Source: Acidobacteriota bacterium
GTDB taxonomy: Bacteria > Acidobacteriota > UBA6911
Reading direction: 5' to 3'
DNA length: 43,172 nt
Assembly: GCA_013388445.1 (NCBI GenBank)
Contig: JACADW010000255.1
Span: 1-43,172, forward strand
Position numbers and translations under genes: made by a program. The first letter of the stretch is position 1; every line of letters starts with the position of its first letter. The notes beneath the pieces are model-generated. The model was given only the letters and a program-made list of their open reading frames with translations. It had not been told where the DNA came from and ran no database searches. Of the stretch, positions 29,833 to 38,555 are shown in pieces.

Positions 29833-30740
29833 GCGGAGTTTGCCGCCAAAGATCTGACCGAAGCGGCGCGGCTCTACCGGGAGGCGGCCGTAGCGGCCCG
29901 AGGCGAAACGAAGCGCGCCGCAGCGATCAACGGCCTGGCGCGCGCTGGCGAAGAGCCGCCAGGTGGAACAGGCTACAGCTCAGCAAGAAATCCTGCTCGA
30001 CCGCCACGGCAGCCTCAATGATGAAAATGGCGTGCCCTTCGCGCGCTATGCCCTGCACTAATTGGTGGAGATCTGCTCATCCGATCCGGAGGGACTTCTC
30101 CGCAGGATCTCCGGTCTTTTGTCCCGCCTCCAGAGCGGGGAAACGCCGCATACCGGCAAGACCGAATCGCTTCTCCAGGAGTTGAGCAGTGGCTGAACCG
30201 CAACACTGGGACGGTGGCCTCCAGCGATCCCGTACGCCGACGGTTGAGCTTGCTTCGACACCAATTGGATTTTGTGGCCAAGGAGAGCCGGACTATCGCT
30301 TCGATCATGGGGGTTGATCCTGAACGGAGCCTCTCGCTCAGGTTGGGGGCGTTTGAAGCTGTCGCCGCCCAGGATGAGGGCAGTCCCCGGCTCTTCGTGA
30401 TCCGCCGGCATGCCAACCGGCCTGAGATCCTCGGATATCAGGTCGATCTTGATCATTTGAGAGGCACACTGCTGGAACGCGGCGGCCAAATACCCGCTTC
30501 GGTCGGGATGGAAATAACGATAGCCCCGGGAAACGAAATCTCCACGCCGGACGATCCTACGGTTCTGGTACAGGATCTGAGCCCTTTTACGCCCTGGTGG
30601 CGCGCAAGCATCCGGCCTCAGGACAAGGAGATAATCTCGAGGTATATCGCCCGCCGTCGCTGGATCTACGGAACAACATCGGCCCTGCTCGCGGCAGGCA
30701 TGTTTCTGGGAGTTGCCCTTGTGCTGCGCGACCTCTCGCG
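29833..30740 (+). pseudogene. Relic of a sensor histidine kinase (periplasmic TPR-like sensor plus TM2, kinase domain lost)
   Basis: AEFAAKDLTEAARLYRE...INGLARA, frameshift, LAKS...PFARYALH*, frameshift, ...RRRWIYGTTSALLAAGMFLGVALVLRDLSR. No H-box follows. Confidence 0.6.
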
Positions 30741-30809
30741 GGGATTCGACCCGGCGATGACAACGGCATCCCGGCAAACGGCTATCCTCACCTCAGCACG
30801 AAAACATTG

Positions 30810-31630
30810 ATGAGGGAGGGAAACACGACGAGTCGAATCCGTAACGTCGCTTTGATCTGCATGGTTTGCCTGCCGGGCTTTTCCGGGCTGCTGCTTTCCC
30901 AAAGCGCCTCGGCACTCTTTGAGCAGGGTCTGCTCAAGGAAAATGGTGAGGGAGACAGGAAGAGCCGCATGGGATGCACATCTGGACGCTTCCCGTCCTC
31001 GGAGGAACACCCCGGCAACTAACCGACGCTCCGGCGAGGTTTAGAGACTGGTATCCCTGCTGGTCAACGGACGGAGAGACCATCGCCTTTATGCGCTCGA
31101 CCTCGGGCGAGAATTGGGCAGAGGCCGGAGAGGGAAATATCTCTGTCGTGTCCGCCGACGGCTGCGAGCCAAGGCGGATCACCTCGGAATCAGACAGAAT
31201 TTTCGACGCGGCCCCTGTGATGTGGTCGCCGGACGGAAAGCTCCTGGCGTATTTCTCGAGAGATAAGCGCGACGCTCCCGATGGAACAATCAAGGTCATT
31301 CCGGCGACGGGCGGCGAACCGAGGATTGTGACCAAAGTCCGGGGCGCATTCGCCAATAAGGAGATGGCCTGGTCTCCGGGCAACCGGCGAATTGCCTACA
31401 ATGAGCTTCGCGGAGATACGACCAGAATCGTCTCCAATATGATCAAGGTTGTTTCCCTCGACGATGGAAGCACCGAAGAAATCGTGCCGGATCTGAAGGA
31501 CGTCAAGGAGATTTATCATCTCGATTGGTCGCCGGATGGCAAGACTCTCGTTTTCGCCGGCTATACCGGAGGCTGGCCGGAATTCTGGACCGTGGGGAAC
31601 TTCCTGCCGCTCGCGAGAACCGAGAGATAG
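30810..31630 (+). pseudogene. Internally deleted TPR/PD40 (TolB-like) protein
   Basis: Signal peptide plus SASALFEQGLLKENGEGD joined out of frame near 30956 to PD40 repeats (WSTDG, WSPDGK, WSPGN, WSPDGK). Confidence 0.75.
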
Positions 31631-31769
31631 AACCTGGAAGTTGCCGTGTAGTGTCACGGCGCATACCGGAGGAAAGACCCCACGATAGGCGTAGCTATCT
31701 GCCGGACGCCCGACCACGCTGAAGTGCAGGGCTTGGTTTTGTCCACGGGCTGGGGCAATCCCGCCGATA

Positions 31770-33431
31770 CTATCGCGACGCCGCCTCCGGCAACCTTCGG
31801 TGGGCCGCGTCAAACCCGGCCACCGTTGCATCGTAGTCCGTGAATCCCCGGACCAACCGGGTACAGATCTCGTCGGCCAGCTTCGCGTCGCGCGCGGCGA
31901 CCAGCCGCAGCAGTTCGTAGTCTTCGATCCCCGCTCCCATCGCCTCGAAGCGGACGCTCGACCAGGGCCCGTCCTTTCCGGGATACAGGATGTGCGAATC
32001 GCCCGGCGGAAGATGGAAATAGCGGTACGGCCCGTGCGGCGGGCAGGTGTCCTCGAACGGGTTCTGTTCGGGGATGACTTGGTTCAATCCCCAGTGCAGG
32101 TAACCTTCGAGCCGGTAGCGCCAGTTCGCCCAGTGCAGTAGTCGGGTGCGGAGAAGCTCCGTGTCGATGAAACGGTTCAAATGGCGGCCGCTCGGAGCGC
32201 AACAGGTATAGAACCAGATCACATCGCCGCGGCGCCGGTGCGCTTCGAACGCCTCTCTCTCTTGCTCGTAGCTTTCGCTCAGCGGCACCCAGATATCGAC
32301 CGCACCATCGAGTTCGGGATTCCCCAGCGCGTCGATCAGCGGGATACCCGGCAGGAACTTGCGCACCGTCCCTGCCATGATGCGGTAGGCGTCGAAATCC
32401 TTCGGCGAGGGCTCGTCGACGACGTGCTGGGTTGCGAGGCCGTACCAGCCGTTGCGGCGCAGCAGATCGGCCCAGGCGCGCAGGTACTGCGCCAGGTACT
32501 CGTACGCCTCATGCGACGTGCCGGACACCGGCTTCCCGTCGATGCTTACCACAAATCGTGCCACCGCATCCCGCCTCCGGTCGTGCCCGGCGATATGCGG
32601 AAGCTCGATGTTGGTGAATCCCTCGCTGAGGAACATTCGAATCATCCGCTCGGTTCTCGAAAAGTCGAACTCCCAGACCCCCGGACCGGTGTTCTTGATT
32701 TCAGGCCTGACGGGGATGAAGTCGGTCTGGCGCCCGCGGCGCATCATGCGGGCATACTTCAGGAGAAGGTTCCAGTGCTCCTCCGACCAGGGCTCAACCC
32801 CATGAAGGCGCGCCATGTGGCCGGTGCTGAACCAGTTCGTCACCCTCAGATGGCCTCTTTCAGGGACGCGGGCGGCATAAACCTTCAGCACGACCGCGAT
32901 GTCGGAGGTCCCGCTGCCGGTTTGGACTCGGAGGCGCCCGCCGTGTTGTCCCGGCGCGGCATCCGCCGGAATCCTGAAAGACACATAAAGTGCGTCGGTG
33001 CTGCCACGGGCCGGCTCGCCGCGGCGCAGTGGGCGAAGGGCCTCGAACACGCGGTAGGGGGCCTTCCGGATCACGTAGTCGGGCGTCGGCCTGTCCGGCG
33101 GGATCGCGCTGCACGGCGGGCCGGAGTTTTCCGGGACCCGGACGTCGACAAGCTGGTAAAGCTCCGGAGCGACGCGGCCCTCGTATCTGCAGGTTATGGG
33201 CTCACCCGCCTTCAGGCCGCGCAGGAGTACTTGAAATCCCGTGCGGCCGCCCCGTGCCGCGTGAAGATCGGCCGAGCGGACGGGCGAAGCCGGGATGGGA
33301 GTGTCCGGATAAAGCCACTCATTGGCGCTCACGACATGAAGCTGAATGGATTGCGCGAAGCCGCAAATGCTTATGCAGAACAGAGCAGCGGCCAACAGCA
33401 GACATCCGGAAAACAGGCGGCAACAAGTCAT
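31770..33431 (-). CDS. DUF4091 domain protein (GH123-like glycoside hydrolase)
   Basis: GGAGG RBS, signal peptide, VTNWF, VVDEP, WFYTCC, GYLHWGLN, PGDSHILYPG, SSVRFEAMGAGIEDYELL. Confidence 0.85.
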   Translation of the reverse strand: MTCCRLFSGCLLLAAALFCISICGFAQSIQLHVVSANEWLYPDTPIPASPVRSADLHAARGGRTGFQVLLRGLKAGEPITCRYEGRVAPELYQLVDVRVPENSGPPCSAIPPDRPTPDYVIRKAPYRVFEALRPLRRGEPARGSTDALYVSFRIPADAAPGQHGGRLRVQTGSGTSDIAVVLKVYAARVPERGHLRVTNWFSTGHMARLHGVEPWSEEHWNLLLKYARMMRRGRQTDFIPVRPEIKNTGPGVWEFDFSRTERMIRMFLSEGFTNIELPHIAGHDRRRDAVARFVVSIDGKPVSGTSHEAYEYLAQYLRAWADLLRRNGWYGLATQHVVDEPSPKDFDAYRIMAGTVRKFLPGIPLIDALGNPELDGAVDIWVPLSESYEQEREAFEAHRRRGDVIWFYTCCAPSGRHLNRFIDTELLRTRLLHWANWRYRLEGYLHWGLNQVIPEQNPFEDTCPPHGPYRYFHLPPGDSHILYPGKDGPWSSVRFEAMGAGIEDYELLRLVAARDAKLADEICTRLVRGFTDYDATVAGFDAAHRRLPEAASR

Positions 33432-33499
33432 AGTGTCCTCCGTCATTCGGGGCGGGATAGTAATGCGGATCGGGCCCAATCTCAAGCCGGTCCGTCCGC

Positions 33500-33727
33500 G
33501 GCGCAGCCGACGTGCGGGACTGGATTGCCGGCTGCGAGGCGCTCCCGTTTCTCCGCTTTGTGCCGGTCGACAACGCCATTTTCGCACGTTCTGTTTTCCT
33601 GCCCGGTCTCTTCCACCCAGATCCGGCGCACCGGATCATCACGGCGACCGCCCTCATGAGGGATATTCCCATCGTCACGAAGGACCAGAGAATCCGAAAC
33701 TATCCGGGAGTCCAGTCCGTCCGGTAA
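33500..33727 (+). pseudogene. C-terminal relic of a PIN/VapC toxin
   Basis: LPFLRFVPVDNAIF...HPDPAHRIITATA...IVTKDQRIRNY. N-terminal DT motif missing and conserved DPAD changed to DPAH. Confidence 0.75.
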
Positions 33728-33851
33728 GTACCGGATGGCGGACCGAGCGATTGTCCATAATGACGGACCAGGGCCGCCGCACGCGATGAGCAGGCGGACC
33801 TGATGTGCGCCTGCGATCCCGGGGGAACGCCCGACGACGGGGCAAGGGGCC

Positions 33852-35414
33852 TTAGACTTCCGCGCCGTAGGAAATCTGCATGCGGCGGACGGCAATGGAG
33901 GAGAGCCACAGCACCAGGGCTGTAACCGCAAGCAGGCCGAGGATGGCTCCGACGCGCGAGGCCGGAGCGGCCGGAGCGAGCAGCAGTTGAACGAGCGGAG
34001 GCGCCTCCTTGTCCATGGGCGCGGGCACCGGGCACAACGACTGCAGGTAATACAGCACGCTCAGCTTCTGCAGCATCTGGGGGAGGAATCCGTTGATGCT
34101 CTCCCACCCGAGCAGCAACGCCGCAGGAATGATCGGATTGCGGAGCAGCAAACCGGCGGCGAGAAAAACGCTCCCGTATCCGACGCACCCGAGCACTGCC
34201 GCAATGGCATACCAGAAGACGTGCGTCATTCCCGCGCCCTCCCAGTAGGCCTGCACCTCGGCGGGATCGTGCGGCCAGATCATCACCGCGAAGCACAACA
34301 GGGCGCCGCCCGCAAAGATCGCGGTCGAGGCGATCAGTCCGGCGCCGAACTTCCCGGCGAGTAGCACTTCGCGCCTGGCGGGAGCGAGCAGCCAGAAATG
34401 CAGGGTCCTGTCGAGCATCTCGCCCCGGAATAGGTTCATGAAAATGCCGAGGCAGCCGAAGAAGATTGCCAGCCGCAGATAGAAATACTGGAACACCCCG
34501 GCGAAGACCTGCCGGTCCTCTTCGAAATCCAGCAGAGGGCGGACCTGTTTCGACACGAGTCTGCCGTCCTCGAAGCGAAGGTACGCCTGGCGCCGCCCGT
34601 CAAAATAGACGAGCATGCGGTAGGAGGTCCGTTCCTCCACGAATCGGGCTCCTGTTACGTTCACGACGGTCGTGAACATCTTGCCGTCTTTACTCACCTG
34701 GATGTTGAATTCCCGGGTGTCCCACTCCTCGTCCTCCCCGCCGGCGCCCGCATGTTTCAACACAAAACGCCTCACCCGCAAGATCGAGCCGAGATCCACC
34801 TGGAGGAAGGCGTTCCATGTCTCATGTGTACACCACTTGTCGCTGCGGCCGCCGGAGACGCTGCCGTTGAAAGCCTTCTCCGGCCCCTCCTCGGGAGTGC
34901 ATGGATCACTCCCCGTCGCGGGCCGCTTGAGGGCGAGATTTGCCGTCCCATCAGGGCCGTAGACCTCGAACTCGTAAATCCTCGCCGTCGGCTCGCCGCT
35001 GTAGACCGGCCGGGTGATGTTCAGCCGCACATAGCGCGCCTCCGTTGCCGGCTCGATCGCGTGGGACGTGACGCTGGCGGATTCGCCGTCGGCGCGGACG
35101 CGCTTGCGCCTTTCCCATTTCTGGTCGTCAGCCGGCCGGCCGAGGCGTTCGAGCACGTCTTCGACAGTCTCGCCTTTGCTGACACGGTCGACCAGCGCCG
35201 CCGGAGTGAGGCCGCCTGCGGACAGGCGGTTGCGGCGGACCTTCACCTCGACGCCGTGACCCAGGAAGATCAGCGACGGGAGCAGCGCCAGCCCGTACAC
35301 CCAGAATCCGCGTTTCGAGAGGAACGCGCGACGCAACTCGATTCTGGCGATGGTCCATGCCTGCTTCAGAGGACCGGGGGGCCGGGGGCCGGAGCCTGGG
35401 GAATCATGAATCAT
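33852..35414 (-). CDS. ABC-2-type permease with inserted SmpA/BamE-like and discoidin (F5/8 type C) domains
   Basis: TM1 near the N-terminus, large extracytoplasmic insert, then FRGEMLDRTLHFWLLAPARREVLLAGKF and several TM helices. Confidence 0.88.
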   Translation of the reverse strand: MIHDSPGSGPRPPGPLKQAWTIARIELRRAFLSKRGFWVYGLALLPSLIFLGHGVEVKVRRNRLSAGGLTPAALVDRVSKGETVEDVLERLGRPADDQKWERRKRVRADGESASVTSHAIEPATEARYVRLNITRPVYSGEPTARIYEFEVYGPDGTANLALKRPATGSDPCTPEEGPEKAFNGSVSGGRSDKWCTHETWNAFLQVDLGSILRVRRFVLKHAGAGGEDEEWDTREFNIQVSKDGKMFTTVVNVTGARFVEERTSYRMLVYFDGRRQAYLRFEDGRLVSKQVRPLLDFEEDRQVFAGVFQYFYLRLAIFFGCLGIFMNLFRGEMLDRTLHFWLLAPARREVLLAGKFGAGLIASTAIFAGGALLCFAVMIWPHDPAEVQAYWEGAGMTHVFWYAIAAVLGCVGYGSVFLAAGLLLRNPIIPAALLLGWESINGFLPQMLQKLSVLYYLQSLCPVPAPMDKEAPPLVQLLLAPAAPASRVGAILGLLAVTALVLWLSSIAVRRMQISYGAEV

Positions 35415-35752
35415 GGCAGCCACCTTCCGAGGCGCCCCGATGCGCCCGAGAATGTCTCACAGGGGCGCAGCGTCGTCCAAATGCAGATAGCGATCTCATG
35501 ATCTCCGCTCCGAAAATCGGATGCCAAGCGGGCATGGGCGGCCGAGTAGGCACCCGCGGCCGGATGGCGCCAGTAGGCTCCGACTGCCAGACGGGGCCAA
35601 GATCGGCAGGACCTCAGCTTGGCCCCTTCCGGTCGCGCCTGGCACTCGCGACCTACTGCCGCGTCGGGCCGCCGCGGCCTACTCCGCCCGGGCATGCTTT
35701 CATGCGTCACCGGGCGCGTCACAGGCCCAGGAGTGGCTGCTCCGATCTTCAT
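35411..35752 (-). CDS. Hypothetical ORF spanning a long hairpin and coupled to the permease
   Basis: GGAGG 8 nt before ATG 35752; its TGA overlaps the permease ATG (ATGA). The protein has no recognisable motif. Confidence 0.35.
   Translation of the reverse strand: MKIGAATPGPVTRPVTHESMPGRSRPRRPDAAVGRECQARPEGAKLRSCRSWPRLAVGAYWRHPAAGAYSAAHARLASDFRSGDHEIAICIWTTLRPCETFSGASGRLGRWLP
35532..35697. repeat. ~165-nt imperfect inverted repeat
   Basis: Arms share GCATG, GAGTAGGC, GCGGCC, CAGTAGG and TGCCAG in inverted order; inner stem GGGGCCAAG/CTTGGCCCC. Confidence 0.8.
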
Positions 35753-35767
35753 AGTCATGGCCTCCGG

Positions 35768-36697
35768 CTACTTGCCTCCGATCAAATACTCGTACAGGGC
35801 ATCGACGTTCTCGTCGGCCGGAATGACTCCCTCGATCTTGTGACCGCCCAGGGCGATGCGGCTGAGAGCGCGCGAGAACTGCTCGCGGTCGCGGGTCATC
35901 ACGAGCAGTCCCTGCTGGTCCTCGTTGAGCCTGATCTCCGTGATGTGGTCTTCGTTGAACAGCAACGCGGCGATCCTCGACGCGTCGCGGCAGCGGAGGA
36001 TGAACTGGCTCGGATGCTCGTGTATCTCCTCCCGCACGTTGCGTATCTCGCCTTCGGCCACGATCATGCCGTTGGCGATGAGCACGACCTGGTCGCTGAT
36101 CACGTCGACCTCCTGCAGGACGTGGCTCGACAGGATCACATGCCTGCCCTGGGCGGCCCACGTGCGGAACAGGTCAATGGTCCGGGCGCGCACCAGCGGA
36201 TCGAGGCCATTGAGTGGTTCGTCGAGCACCAGGATCTCGGGGTCGTGGGCGATCGCCTGAGCCAGGCGCACGCGCTGCCTCATACCCTTGGAATAGGCGG
36301 CCACTTTCCGGTTTGCCGCGTCCGTCAGGCTCAGGCGCTCGAGGGCTTTCCAGGCTCTCTCCTCCGCCTCGGCACGGCCGTAGCCATGGAGGAGAAGGCT
36401 GGTGGTGACGAAACTGAAGCCGGTCGCCCAGCGCGGGGCTGCATCATACTGCGTCGCGTAGCCTGTGACGCGCATCAGGTGCTCCGGGTTGCGCGGTGAA
36501 ATACCCCGCACGCTGATCGAGCCATGGTCCGGGTGGATCAGGCCCGTCATCAGGTTCATGAGCGTCGTCTTGCCGCTTCCGTTCGGCCCGACGAGGCTGG
36601 TAATCCCCGGAGGAATGTTCAGAGTGACGCGGTTAACCCCTAGCACCTCGCCGTAGAATTTCGAGACCTCGTCGAAAACGACTGCGCGTGTGTTCAC
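35768..36697 (-). CDS. ABC transporter ATP-binding protein
   Basis: GPNGSGKT, YSKGMRQR, LVLDEP, SSH. Confidence 0.96.
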   Translation of the reverse strand: MNTRAVVFDEVSKFYGEVLGVNRVTLNIPPGITSLVGPNGSGKTTLMNLMTGLIHPDHGSISVRGISPRNPEHLMRVTGYATQYDAAPRWATGFSFVTTSLLLHGYGRAEAEERAWKALERLSLTDAANRKVAAYSKGMRQRVRLAQAIAHDPEILVLDEPLNGLDPLVRARTIDLFRTWAAQGRHVILSSHVLQEVDVISDQVVLIANGMIVAEGEIRNVREEIHEHPSQFILRCRDASRIAALLFNEDHITEIRLNEDQQGLLVMTRDREQFSRALSRIALGGHKIEGVIPADENVDALYEYLIGGK

Positions 36698-37554
36698 GTG
36701 ATCACCTCCACCGGGCGCAGCCTGCGTTCAAGCACGAGCGCGAGCAGCGCGATGAGGGCCGCGAGGACCGACGCACAGGCAGCCACGCCGGGCCCGTCCG
36801 GAGGATCGACGCCCAGCATCGCGCACCATACCCGGTAGATCGCCCACGCCGGGTTCAAGGCGTAACCCCAGGTCACCCGAAAGATGCCGTTGACCATCTC
36901 CGACACGCCGGCGAGGATGAAAAAGAAGCCGAGCACGAGCGCCCCCGCCACAACCTTCCACCGTACGTACGCGGAGCTCGCCAGCGACACGGTGCTGACC
37001 AGCGCCACCCAGACCGCGAAGCCGGCTGCCATGCCGGCGGCGATATCCCAGTTTGCCTGGAACCACACCGTACCGGCCATCCCCGCCTGCATCCCGAACA
37101 GCAGCAGTCCGGGGATCCAGGTGACAGCGGAAAGCACGCCTGCCAGGACCACGAACCGGGCCAGGACGTAGCCGGCCCGGGTCAGCGGGCGGCTGAAGTA
37201 AAGAGGCAGCGCGTTGTTCGCAAGATCGGGCGCGATCAGACCGGGGCCGGTCAGCGCCGCCAGGAAGATCGCGAACGCCGCCTGGACGTTCATGAATATG
37301 AGGAAGAATTTGCCGTTGGCCTCGATGAAACTCTGAAACTCGCGATCCAGTCCTTTCAGCAGGTCGGCGTGGTTCGCGAGGTAGATGAAGCCTGCGCAGA
37401 GCAGCGGCCAGATCATGGCGAGGACCATGAGCAGGACCACCAGGCGCTGGCGGAACAGGCGGCGCCAGGCAAATCGCGGCAGCACCATGAACCGGCTCCA
37501 CTGCCCCGTCATCCGTCCCTGATATCGATGGTAGCCCCGCCGGTAGACCGCCAC
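36694..37554 (-). CDS. ABC-2-type permease
   Basis: About six hydrophobic helices and DLANNALPLYFSRPLTRAGYVLARF. Confidence 0.9.
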   Translation of the reverse strand: MAVYRRGYHRYQGRMTGQWSRFMVLPRFAWRRLFRQRLVVLLMVLAMIWPLLCAGFIYLANHADLLKGLDREFQSFIEANGKFFLIFMNVQAAFAIFLAALTGPGLIAPDLANNALPLYFSRPLTRAGYVLARFVVLAGVLSAVTWIPGLLLFGMQAGMAGTVWFQANWDIAAGMAAGFAVWVALVSTVSLASSAYVRWKVVAGALVLGFFFILAGVSEMVNGIFRVTWGYALNPAWAIYRVWCAMLGVDPPDGPGVAACASVLAALIALLALVLERRLRPVEVIT

Positions 37555-37555
37555 G

Positions 37556-38533
37556 TTAATCTCCTATTGGTCCGGGTTCCGCGCCTTCGCCCGGCGTGTG
37601 GGATATGTGACCCATGGCCTTCAGGAAAATCTCCTCGAGAGTGTCGCGGCGGTGCGTGAGCTTTCGGACTAGCAGATTCTGCCGCGCCACGAGATCCCAT
37701 ATCGCCTGCACCTCGACGTTTGGCGGTAGGACGATGCGCCAGCGTCCATCGCCTTCGGTGACGCCGTCGGCGCCGATCTCCGGAAGCGCGCCGCGCAAGC
37801 GCTCGTCGTTCCCTGTGACTTCGAGTTCGACGAAACACCTGTTGGAGCGACGCTCCTCCTCCAGGTTGCAGCCGCGCGCGATCATACCGTCCTTGAGAAT
37901 CACGACTTCGTCGCACACCTGCTCGACATCGCGCAGCAGGTGAGAGCAGAGGAACACGTTCATCCCGTGTGCTTCCTTCATTTCGCGGACCAGCGCGAGC
38001 ATGCGCTGACGAGCGGCAGGGTCGAGGCCGTTGGTGGGTTCGTCGAGGAGCACCAGTTCCGGGCCGTGAACGATCGCCTGCGCGAGCTTGGCCATCTGCT
38101 TCATTCCCTGCGAGTAGGTTCGCAGTTCACGGTAGCGCGCTTCCCCAAGTCCCACGTGGAAAAGGGTCTCGTGGGCCTTCTCCAGGGCAGTCTCGCCCGG
38201 GAGGCCGGAAAGCTCGGCCATCAGGCGCAGGAAGGTGACCGCGGTCATGTTGCCGACGAACGAGTCCGTCTCGGGCATGTAGCCGATACGGGAGCGCACC
38301 TGGCGCGTCTGCCGTCGACAGTCGAAGCCGAGAACGTAAGCTCGTCCGGAAGAGGGCTTGAGGAATCCGAGCAGGGTAAGGATCAGCGTCGATTTGCCCG
38401 CCCCGTTCGGTCCAAGCAAACCTATGGCTTTTCCGACGCCCGAAACGCCGAGACGGCAGGAGATGCCTCGAAGGATCTTCCGCCGTCCCAGTTCGACTTT
38501 CAGGTTGTCCAGTTCGATGACAGCCGATGCCAT
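37556..38533 (-). CDS. ABC transporter ATP-binding protein
   Basis: GPNGAGKS, YSQGMKQ, LLDEPT, CSH. Confidence 0.96.
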   Translation of the reverse strand: MASAVIELDNLKVELGRRKILRGISCRLGVSGVGKAIGLLGPNGAGKSTLILTLLGFLKPSSGRAYVLGFDCRRQTRQVRSRIGYMPETDSFVGNMTAVTFLRLMAELSGLPGETALEKAHETLFHVGLGEARYRELRTYSQGMKQMAKLAQAIVHGPELVLLDEPTNGLDPAARQRMLALVREMKEAHGMNVFLCSHLLRDVEQVCDEVVILKDGMIARGCNLEEERRSNRCFVELEVTGNDERLRGALPEIGADGVTEGDGRWRIVLPPNVEVQAIWDLVARQNLLVRKLTHRRDTLEEIFLKAMGHISHTPGEGAEPGPIGD

Positions 38534-38555
38534 TCGGCGCCTTTCCCTCGCGTCC

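Noticed and set aside
11147-30062. Stop-codon reassignment or selenocysteine suggested by several in-frame stops
   Set aside because: The stops are of all three types, replace different expected residues, mostly co-occur with frameshifts, and TGA, TAG and TAA all end intact genes here.
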